Shown here piece after piece: positions 27,101 through 39,100 of a DNA stretch of 64,000 nt. Each line of letters opens with the position of its first letter. Position 1 is the first letter of the stretch. Both the position numbers and the translations under genes were made by a program. The notes beneath the pieces are model-generated. The model ran no database searches, was not told the DNA's origin, and was given only the letters and a program-made list of their open reading frames with translations. The stretch is from Antedon mediterranea (lineage: Eukaryota; Animalia; Echinodermata), in the NCBI RefSeq assembly GCF_964355755.1, contig NC_092673.1, positions 17,729,648-17,793,647 on the forward strand, given 5' to 3'.

Positions 27101-30100
27101 GCTTCTACGTGTTCAGAATGACGTTTTGACATCAATAGATAATCAAGAACTTGTTATTCTAGATTTACTAGACTTATCGGCTGCTTTTGACACAGTAGAT
27201 CACTCACTGCTTCTTCATAGATTGTCACATGATATTGGGGTAAGAGATCAAGCATTGTCTTGGTTCACATCATATCTAAGGAACAGAACCCAGGCCGTCT
27301 GCATTGGTGATGTTTCATCAGATGACCTTCCTCTATTATGTGGCGTCCCACAAGGTTTGGTGCTTGGACCACAGCTGTTTTCCATCTATGTTGCCCCAGT
27401 TGCTGAAATAATACGAAGACACGGATTATGTCATCATTTCTATGCAGATGATATACAAATCTACGTTTCTGTCAAGCCTTGCCAGACCAAGTTTCTGTCC
27501 GCCGTAAAACGGTTAGAAGCATGCACTGCTGAGATTAGAAAATGGATGGGCTCCAACTTCCTCAAGCTAAATGATAAAAAGACCGAGGTGATCCTATTTG
27601 GTTCTGTTCAGCAGAGAAAAAAGATCCAGTTTGATGGCCTACATATTGGTGGCGTACTAGTCAATCCATCATCAGAAGTTCGTAACCTTGGTGTACAACT
27701 TGATTGTAAAATGACCATGGAATCACATATCAACAAAATCTGCCGATCTGCTATTTTCCATTTATGTAACATCGCCAAGATCAGACGTTACTTGAACCAT
27801 TGTGCAACAGAGCAGATTGTACATGCTTTTGTTTAAGTCGGCTTGATATGGGAAATTCCCTGCTGTATGGTCTGCCAAAGAAGCAGTTGCGGACTCTCCA
27901 GAAGGTGCAAAATTGGGCAGCTCGCTTGGTGATGTGTGCCAAGAAGTATGATCACGTCACACCATTGTTCAAAGAGTTAAATTGGCTACCCATGGAGTCA
28001 CGTGTTAAATTTAAGATCCTGCTGCTGGTGTTCCGATGCCTAAATAGTTGCGCTCCAAAATATCTCTCAGAATTGTTGACAGTCAAGAAGGGAAAGCGAG
28101 AACTAAGATCTAGTCATCAGGTGCTACTGGACATTCCAAGGAGCAAACATAGTTGGGGAGATCGGACTTTCAGTGTTGCTGGACCTAGGCTCTGGAACCA
28201 CCTACCCTTGAACATTAAACACACATCATTATTGAGTCACTTTAAGTCACTACTCAAAACTCACCTTTTCTGATTTTTTACAGCGCCATGAGCAATGAAT
28301 GTTGGAATGGCGCTATATAAATCGAACGATTGATTGATTGATTGATCTCATGAATATGCCAAGCCAATGAGCTTTCCTAAGCTGCTAAAAAAGAAATTCC
28401 ATGAATTTACCCTGAATTGTATATGAAATTGTATTTTTTTTTATTTCTTGTTATTACTTTATCATTTTGACATGTTTTTATGTAGTAATTAAATAATATT
28501 TAAAAGCAATTTAAAACCCAAAATTCTCCTTTTGAAATGCCTCGTCAGCCAATCTATCTAAAGGAAATGTTTCTGTATAAAATGTATATAACATGATTGC
28601 ATGGCCAAGGTCATCGGCAAAATTTTTCTGGTACTGATATAAAATTTTATTATTAAAATTTGTTTGGAGAATTGTGGGGTCACATGATATTCAATAGACA
28701 TTTACTATTAACCTTTCAGATTGCATATTCTTATGTGATTCGAAAATCAACTGTTGTCACGCCGTCTTTAATTGCTGCCTTCTGAAATAGTTTAGGCCTT
28801 TATGTTTGTCATAATATATGAATATTTATGAGTGGAATGGTACAAATAATTACATGAGGTGAAAGATGAAGGACTATATAAAAAAAAAATAGAACAACAT
28901 TTTGATCTTTCAACGAATTAAATTATTTGTTCTACTGCACGAATATAAAACTTTCATTGTTTGTTTGACTGCACACCTACTTTTAACAAGAGGCTATGCC
29001 ATTGAAAAGGCAGAACTCAGACTATTTAAAGACCCATTCCCTACAATTGTTGACGTTTTGTAAAAATAATGCATATATATTACTTTAAAAACATTAAACC
29101 AGGTTATTCCTTGTTAGATGTACATTTATGGTAATTTATGATAAAATGAGAGAAAAGTAGGTTGCAGTGAATGTCCTCTTGTGGATGGACTTTAGGCCTA
29201 GCCTAGCTAGACTTAGTTTTGTAGGCCTAGCTGGTAAACAGCAGTAACGTACGAACATTGTACGCTAGCTATATGCCTAGCCTGACGTTGTCTAGTTGTT
29301 GCTACGCACGTGTAGGCTAAAAAATTATGAAAATATGCTTATTTTTCAAATTAATATAGATCGTCAGAATGCCCGGTGAACCCTATTTTTCATTTCATTT
29401 TCTTGAAGTGTATGTATCATATTTATGATTTATTATGAAACAAAGAGAAAGAAAGTTGATTAAGTCATCAGTAATTGCATATTAAATTTACAAAAATTAA
29501 TTTCGACAATTAAACAATGACATTTTTGTGGGCCGAAGCAACAAACTAAACATTAACATTCTTCTTTAAAATTTTCATATATTAAAGGTAATATACTTTG
29601 ACAGTGCATCTATTTTAAAGATGTCTTCATATTAAAAAAATATAATTTATTGCGATATGTAATAATCGATCTCCACCAAAGTGGTTACTGCATAGTAAAT
29701 ACACAGACAGAGGAATCTTCAAATTTTAGTGTAGTTGTGTATGGCTCAGTGGTCTGTGGTCGTGTCTAAAGCATTCACGGTACCGAGATCGAGTCTCACC
29801 TTTGAAAATGAAACCAAACAAGATTGTGTTGTTATTTTCCGTATTATTTTGTTAATTTTATTTCTTAGTGCATAAATTATACACCTGATTTATAATGAAA
29901 TCTATAGAAATTATGTCTTTATTATGTAACAAGGGAGGTTTGTGACATATACGGATCTTTGTTTTTATGCAAGGGGCTCGATGTGCAGTGATGATACCGG
30001 CTATTATACTTGTGCAACCAATATCCTATCTTTCATGTATTATAACTAGACCTAATTAAAGATCATGACAAAATCAATATATCTTTTAAAAATCAATTAT

Positions 30101-33100
30101 TATTTAAATCAATGCATATAACTTATAATTCATCATAGTGATGAATTAAATCTAATCATATTTTTAACCATTCAAAGACAAAAAAAGTTATCGCATTCTA
30201 CAGGATCATATAATATTTATTTTTACATAAAATGTCGCGATCGGAGTATGTTTGCATCACGCGTCATTTCTACCATTTCCGGTTCGATCTGGGCGTATAG
30301 CTATCTAGCTAGTAGGCAAAGGCCTAGAGGCATTAATCAAAAAGCTAGTTAGACCTAGCCTAGGTAGGTAGGCTATTTACAAATCTATCTCCAATTTACT
30401 TGTATTTTACAATACACTTGTATTACAATATATCCACTGAAAAGGCATTTTCTTTGGTTTGGTGATTTTTATTTTCAAGTACACCTTGTCATAAAAAGAC
30501 AAGAATACTCGTGAATTATGGCCACAAAATTTATGTCGCTGACACAGTATTCATGAACAAATTATTTTCAACTTCGTCTGACTGATGACATCACATACAG
30601 TCCTACGATCCTTGTGATTTGATTGGTCAAATTAAAGCGAATTTGCAAGCGAAAGCGAAAAAGTTGCCCATGGAGCAACTCTAGCGAATTCACGCGTGGA
30701 GCCTTCGCTAGGTTGAGAATCGAACGACGCCTACAAGTTCGATTTGATATTTACACTGAAATCGTCTGTCGCGACAATTACGGTTCGATTTGACGCTTGT
30801 TGCGTGTTGCTTCGCGTGTAAATTGTTCAGTGTGCACCGACCTTTAATAAGATCTAAAAAACGTAGAGAATGGGACTTTAATCTTACTAAATCTTATTCT
30901 CATATAATACATTTACAATATAGAACAGAAGTTTTAAACTGTTTCAAGTTCATCTACTTTGTGTGTATCAATCTATACAAAGTTGTTACACTGGAAAAAA
31001 AAATCCAGTAACCTATACTTTTCCTTTATTTGTTTTCTGTTTTCAATCATCACTGATTTTCAATATTATCAAAGAATTTTTATATGAAAGGTCAACGTAT
31101 AATTTAAAATATTTTTCCAGAAGGCTTTAATATTAATCAGTCAATATTTGATTAACAAAATTATTTTTGCAGATCTTCATGACATCACGATCACTTTACA
31201 TTGTTGTGTTTGATCTCAGTAAACCCTTGGATGATCTTGCTACTTTCATTGATTCCACTGGAGTAAGTATTTCTAGAACATGGCGGCAGTAAGGCATTGT
31301 GATTAAAAAATTCTTCTAATTGATAAGAGCATGCATTTTATGCATTAAAAACAGTTTGACTATTTTACAATATTTTATTTCATACCTTCCAATAAGATGT
31401 AATAATGAATGTTTTTAAAAACTAAACATTTCAAGTTTAACTTTGATTAAGTGTTCTTATATATTTTTTTTACAGAAAAAGTGTAAACATCAATGGACCA
31501 ATCTCCAGTTCATATTATCTTACATCCTGTCAGTTTATTCTCATAGTCGTATTGTAGAAGAAGATAAAGGGAAGGGAGTTCACAAACCAACTATCCTTAT
31601 TGTGGGTACACATAAGGGTAAGCTTGGTAAGAGTGAAAAAAACCAGAAGTCTGAGGTAATACTTAATGCTACCAAGAATATATTGCAGGTCTATAATAAG
31701 CAAATGAGGAAATCTGTTGTAGTGTATCAATTAATTTGATTACTTAAAGATGTATTGTCCCTTGAAACACAAAAAATGAAAAAAAAAATATTCTAAATTT
31801 AAATTAGCCATATCAAAGTAATATTAAAGTTATTCACTTTAAGTCGAAAATTTGAGCCAAAAACAACAAGTTTACGTAATTAACAGGTAAATTAATTAGA
31901 TTACATTTCGTCTGGGAAATCGTCGCAAGCGAAAGTAAACAAAGATTTCAAACCATGAGTATGCATTATGCATGATGCTAATTAGGATTGTTTACAACTC
32001 GTCACGGTTGAAAAGGTGTTTTTACACAGATCGCGAAGAAGTTTTATGATTATGCATACAGAGTAGCCAAACAAGCGCGTTGCATTATGAGATATGTTTT
32101 GATTGAAAACTTTGACTGGAAGTCAAAGTTATTTTTTGAACAAAAAAACATCTGTGTTTCGGTTAAATTTTTTTTTTTTCGACTAATTTTTGGTGAAAGT
32201 TAATAACTATTATGATACTTCAAAATTACCCCCTTTTTTTGGAAAATTATAAAAAAAAAAATTTTTTTTTTAATTAGTCAAAGGGACAATACATTTTTAA
32301 GTCTATTGTGCAATCACTAGAGTAAGCCCATATCTATCATATCATATCATATCATTTATTTCGCCAATATACAGAACAGTACAAAAAAAAAAACAATACA
32401 AAAGTAAGTCAATGAGGCCGGATAACTAAAAGTTTTAAATATAAATAACTGTCGATTCCATTAAAATTGAGATAAAACTATAAAATTCAGAAATGGATTT
32501 TTATAAAAAATTGTTAATTTAAAAAGATAGAATTAAGAAAATATCTTTAAAATATACATAAATATATATGTTCAGTTTAAAACAGATTGGTAAAATATTT
32601 CTTAAGGCTATGCTTAAAACAGTTTATATTAATTAATAGTTGGTCGCAGAGATCATAAAGAATTTGTTAATATTAATTTATAAATTTTTTATTATTAGGC
32701 AAAAAAGGTATTTAAAAAGCTTCGAAATGCAATTAAAGAGAAACTGTATGAAGTACATGTGCATAATCATTATTTTGCCATCGAAAACAGTAAAAGAACA
32801 ACAGATGAGAGCTTTAGTGAACTCAAAAAGGTTATTGATGAGTTTATGTCAGATTTAGAAAAGGATGTTCCTTTAAAGTGGATGCGTTTTCGATGTGGCA
32901 TACATAATCTAAGGAGAGAAAAACACTTTTCTTTGTGTCCTGTTGATGAGGTAAATTTATGTTTTTTCAGAATAAAAATGTATTTAAAATAATAATATCG
33001 AAAGTAGTATAAACAAAAGAATCTTCCCATTATTAAAAACAATTAGTGTTAGTAAATATAATAATGTTGATTGGTAATATGGCCCTAACGAATGAGCCAG

Positions 33101-36100
33101 ACAACTTGACAACCTACAGTGGTAATATTACATGGAATATTCTCCGCAATGTTGCCATTCTGTAAGAACAATCGTATAAAAAAAAATTCTATTCCCCAGT
33201 GAGAGTAATGCTGTCCTTCAGATCCTACATTTTAAAGTAAATGACAAAAGTAACAGTATTTACGCAAAACTTTTTTATATGGTAATTGTACCTCCAAAGA
33301 TTTTAAAATTAATAATGTTATAAATATATACCTACCAATGATTTCATATTTTATTTAAATTTGAATAGTAATAATATTTTTCTTTAGCTTAAAATGCTTG
33401 CAAGTGAGAATGGTATTGCAGATGAATCAATCCTCCTTAACTTCCTGTATGATCTTGGTGAAATTATTTACATGCCTGACAAGGAATTATTAAGAGATAA
33501 AGCAGTGTTAGATCCAATGCAGCTGGTAGAAATTGTGACTGCTTTTGTAACAGTCATTCCACCAGAATCTCCAGTAAGTAGGCTCATAAAAATGTTAATT
33601 CAGTGTTCCTTGAGAAATTAATAGGCACATGTGAATTCCTATAGGTACTGTAGTATGAAAAGCAATATCTGACAGTTACATTATAGTTTAACATTGTGTG
33701 GTATATTGTACATATCAGATGTGAAAGTATTTATTTATTTATTTTTATTTTAGTATTTTATAAGTATTTATCTATATTCTTCTAACATTATTCCTGTATC
33801 CCCTTCAGATTTTAAATTGTTTGATAACTTAATAAACACAAAATTGTAAGTATGGCTAATTATTATTATTATTTTTTTTTAAGCTTCCCATGTTTAGGAA
33901 AGCTTTTGATAATCTTGACAAGGGCATACTTGAGGAAGATTTGTTGCGAGCATTATGGAAAAAGCGTAAAGTTGACGAAGGAAAGAATTTTAAGTTCCTT
34001 GTAAAACTGATGATTCAATTAGGTTTCATTTGTGAGAGGGAGACAACCAGCAGCCAAGATGTGGCAAGTACATCTACAGTAGGTTTTGTTCAGTTATCTT
34101 TTGTAACATGTTTGGTATGCAAGATTATGTACTAAAAAATGATTTTAGGTATTAATATACATACAGTAATTGGTGAAATTTTACATAAAATTTTAGTCAC
34201 ACATATTTTGAATAAATGTGCAGGAAATGATCTTTAGTTTCTTATTAAAAGAAATTTTATTGACATTTTACAATTTAACGATTTCAGGAATCTGTTGGAA
34301 AGCGGTCATTTTTTGTGCCACTACGCCTTGCTTTCAAGACATCAACTGAAGTGAAACCAGTGCCTGATGAATTTCCAGCTATCAGTGTCTATTACGACTT
34401 TAAGGGATATCTGCCAGATGTATTGTTTCCATATATGATTATAGATTTCCTCAACAAATTTCAAAAGAAAGGAGTTGACCCAATACTCTTGTATAATCAT
34501 GCTGAACTTTACTTCGACCAAGATCATGATGTGACTTTATCTCTTGTCAAAGTCATAACTATGGAGGATGAGCGAAAGTTCTTGTTAAAGGTACTGTATC
34601 ATAGAATATCTTGTGAATAAATCATAATTTAATCTATTTCTAAACTCAAATTAAAATATCAAAACATCACTTTCCTTTTTTTCAGGTGACTATTAAAAGA
34701 ACTCCTGCTCGTAATGAAACAAGTAATGAGGAACCCTCTTCTGAAGCATGTAAAGAGGTATGTTACATTTCATATCAGTTTGGAGAACTATATATTTTTT
34801 TATAGATGTTTTGGTTGATTGTTATAATACGATATAGTTTAAAATAATTTAAACATTTAAAATAATTTTTTTTTTTAGCTGTTTCATCGTCTTAATTTGT
34901 ATTTGAAATTGTAATTTTGTAGATTCTTTAATTTTCATAATAAAAACACCACCCTAAATATCAGAATTGAAAGCTATTAACTATTGCTAAGATCTACCAT
35001 TTATAAGGTTAAAACTTTATTGATTTCAGTTAACATTATTAATTATGATATAATATAACATTGATTAGTAACAATTGATATAAAAACATCTTTAAAATTT
35101 AATTATAAATTGATAAAATTTTAATATAATATCAATTTAAAGTACAAGCAACTTAAAGTACAGTTGTCAAAACTAGTTGTGATTGACTTTTTATTATATA
35201 ATATTAATTAATAACAAATGACTTTAAAAATTCACTAGATTGGTATTTTAGATATTTATTTTATTTTTTATTGTTTTAGTTTTTCCTTTTATTGTATTGT
35301 AAATTTTTAGTGAACAAAACATTTTAAGAATTTGTGCTGCTGATTCAGAGTTGCTACATTAAGTATGTGTTTAATCGACATATAGTGTTAATTGCAGTTT
35401 GCCATTCAATTTGTACCTTTAGGTTTTGTTAACGATTCAGAAGTCATTTGAACCTACTAAAGATGGTGGTAGAAGAGGGATTCAATATGAGAGATGCATT
35501 CTTTGTGATGTATGTAGTGATGCATCAGAAAAGAAGCACATTCAAAATCTTGAAGATTTCCAGTATAGAAAGTTAAAATGCACCAAAACTGGCAAGTCTG
35601 TTACGATGGATGTTACACGTTACCAGCGGCTATTTGGAGGTAAGAGTAATATATACAAGTTTATTTTATTTATTTTGACCAATAAACAATAAACTGAATG
35701 AACAATATGATTATTCTGTAATTTAATTAAACAAACACATGCAAATTATTAAATATCTTCATTCCTCTTACCAGTAGTAGTACTATCAGAATCATTATTG
35801 ATAATCTATACATTGTTACAACATGCTGCTATTAGCTGTGATATCTTCATTCCTCTTACCAGTAGTAGTACTATCAGAATCATTATTGATAATCTATACA
35901 TTGTTACAACATGCTGCTATTAGCTGTGATATCTTCATTCCTCTTACCAGTAGTAGTACTATCAGAATCATTATTGATAATCTATACATTGTTACAACAT
36001 GCTGCTATTAGCTGTGATATCTTCATTCCTCTTACCAGTAGTAGTACTATCAGAATCATTATTGATAATCTATACATTGTTACAATATGCTGCTATTAGC

Positions 36101-39100
36101 TGTGATATCTTCATTCCTCTTACCAGTAGTAGTACTATCAGAATCATTATTGATAATCTATATATTGTTACAACATGCTGCTATTAGCTGTGATATCTTC
36201 ATTCCTCTTACCAGTAGTAGTACTATCAGAATCATTATTGATAATCTATACATTGTTACAACATGCTCCTATTAGCTGTGATATCTTTATTCCTCTTACC
36301 AGTAGTAGTACTATCAGAATCATTATTGATAATCTATACATTGTTACAACATGCTGCTATTAGCTGTGATATCTTCATTCCTCTTACCAGTAGTAGTACT
36401 ATCAGAATCATTATTGATAATCTATACATTGTTACAACATGCTGCTATTAGCTGTGATATCTTCATTCCTCTTTCCAGTAGTAGTACTATCAGAATCATT
36501 ATTGATATAAATACATATATTTTTACCAGAAACTAGCTTGTGTGTGTTAATAGCATCCATTGAATTAATTATTGTGTATTTCATTTGTTACAGGTGATGT
36601 TGGAACAGCAAGTCTAAATCCAGGTATGTTACAATCAATAGGTTGATGTAAAGTTTGTGGTGTGTATATGTGTATATAGTTCAGAAAAGGACTGTTGAGT
36701 TGTTTCTTCTTTGGTCGTCTTCAGGAGTGAGAATACAGAAAGTCCAGGACATGTGGTGTACCGCAAACTTTATATCAACATAATGTTACATTTACTATGA
36801 TAATGATGTAGACTAAGTGGATATTAAGCAATGCACACTGTTGCCATTCCACAACACATAGATCTGTAAAAAGAGATTGTATAGTATTAGTATATAGTAT
36901 TTATTTAGTTTATTAAAAATGATGTTCTATGGGGGGTGTTTATTTGAGGGAGGCGTTTATTTAAAGCAAAGTGTTTATTTGAATAAATACGATAATACCA
37001 GGTATGAGAATGTAATGTCTTATTATATGTGATGATTGAGCTAGGAACAAATGAAATATGATATCTTGTAGTCCATGACAGAATGCTACGCAATCAACAC
37101 AGGAAGTTGTACTCTGCAAACAAGGGATGTCTGTGATTGGACATAAATCATTTGGCCAGCGTTAGAACAGAATGATCAAACTTAAAATCAAGTTCATTAC
37201 AGGACCTATTATTAATTATGAGTTACATTCATCGTATCACAAATTTGGTCTAAATTTGTATCATTTATTTAAACAAAAATTTATATTATATAATAAACCA
37301 CAGAATATGTAGATACGCTACCACAAAACATTTCATTGCGATCTATATTATTTTAAATACAGATTTTCTTTTTTTAAGGTACTTTTTAATGTCTGGTCGT
37401 CTATATACAATATCCCTAGTCTGTGTGAACACTATTGCATTGCATTATATAGTTTTTTATTGATCATGTATTATACATATATAGTACATATACAGTATAA
37501 TTAACTGTAAAATTGTCATCAATTTAAGTTCAACCATATAATATTACAATTTTGTATTTACAGGTGTTCCTCTGAGTACCGTCAAAAGAAAGTCAGCATG
37601 GACGTCGACTGGTACTGGTAAGTTTGAATACCAGTAGTCCGGTGGCAGGAGGGGGATATCACCACCCAAAAGGGGACAAATTGCCATCCAACTTTTCTAG
37701 ACCAGAATTTTCCGTAGATTACGAATATGGAAGGTAATCGATCAGGATAGGAAGCGTTTTCGAGATATAAGGGGTTAAAGTTCAAAATTGACCAATATAA
37801 AAACATGCTATATCTCTGGAAATTCTGGACGTAGTGAGATAATTTTGGTGTCAAATTGTTCACAATGTATATATGTTTATATTAGCTCTAACAGAACCTT
37901 CTTTGAAAAATTGACCGGAAACCCCATTGTTAGCAATTTTGACCTTTGACCTCTTTTTGCTATATCTAAGTAACGGCAGGTCGGAGAGAATTAAAAATAG
38001 GAGCAAATTGTTCCCAAGATATACATTTATATTCAGTATAACAGATGATATTGCTTGAAAATGACCGGAAGTGTGGTTATTAACCTTTGACATAATTGAA
38101 TAAGGTTATAAAAACATAAATTAATAAATATTTGTCGTAAGGAGCCAATTTTGGTGTCAAATTGTTCACAATATATATATTTATACTTGCCATAATGCAA
38201 CATTTTTTTCAAAAAGTGACTGTAATTTTAATCTTTGACCTGTTTTTCTCATCTAAATAACGACATGGCATTTATTATTTTATTTTATTTTATTTTATGT
38301 CTTTAGGCAATGTGGCCAAGGATTACCAATAGTGAATTAATCACTGTCCTATCAGATAGGTGGTAATCCCCCTGATACAGGGGCAATTGTGTGAACCAGT
38401 TCACCGGGGTAACCCCCTACTCTTTTTCGAATAATGAACTGGGTTCTTTAAAGTACACACAGGTTATAACTGTGTACACTGGACCTACGGTTTATAGTCC
38501 TTATCCGAGAAGACTTGTTCCACCACCAGAACTAGGAGCGAGTCGGCCTCGAACCCTTGCCGATGTTGTTGTTGGCTCTTTAGGTACGGTAAACGCCGCC
38601 CCTGCCTTAACCGCTCGGCCATATGACTCACTCAATAGAGATTTCTAACGGCAAATTGTTTATAATAGATATTTTTATTCAATCTAATAGATTATACTGT
38701 TTGAAAAATACAAGTGTGATTATTGCCTTGAATCCTGTACATAAGAGCCTATCAGGGCGGATTTAATTCAAAGAGGTGTGGAAGGGGAATAATACTATTA
38801 CTATACAGTACAATGTCTTTCTTTTGAGCAATTTCAATCAGGTATCCATGTATCTCCAATAAACGGAATGTACGGCTCATAGAGAATTCAGAAGTTACCT
38901 TTGGTTCATTTTGGTAAATCCATAAGTGTTCCTTAAGGATCGAGAGTGCACAGGCAGCTTTATTCCATGTGCCTGTCTATATAAACCCACAGTGTCACCC
39001 ATTATATTTCCATTAAGGGGCTTAATGTCCATCCATGGAGGACCGGCCCTTGGGTTAATTTGGGCAAATCCATAAGTGTTCCTTAAGGATCGAGAGTGCA

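Noticed and set aside
25830-27836. Reverse transcriptase as part of a DGR or retron-like diversifier of the ankyrin exons
   Set aside because: It is an ordinary truncated, frameshifted L2-type LINE. There is no template-repeat/variable-repeat pair, and ankyrin variation includes indels and is not adenine-specific.
35823-36536. Seven repeated 61-62 aa signal-peptide-like ORFs
   Set aside because: Artefact of an 88 bp (non-triplet) tandem repeat inside an intron.
38540-38625. tRNA gene on the minus strand
   Set aside because: A and B boxes are present, but there is no clean cloverleaf and it continues into a SINE body and tail.
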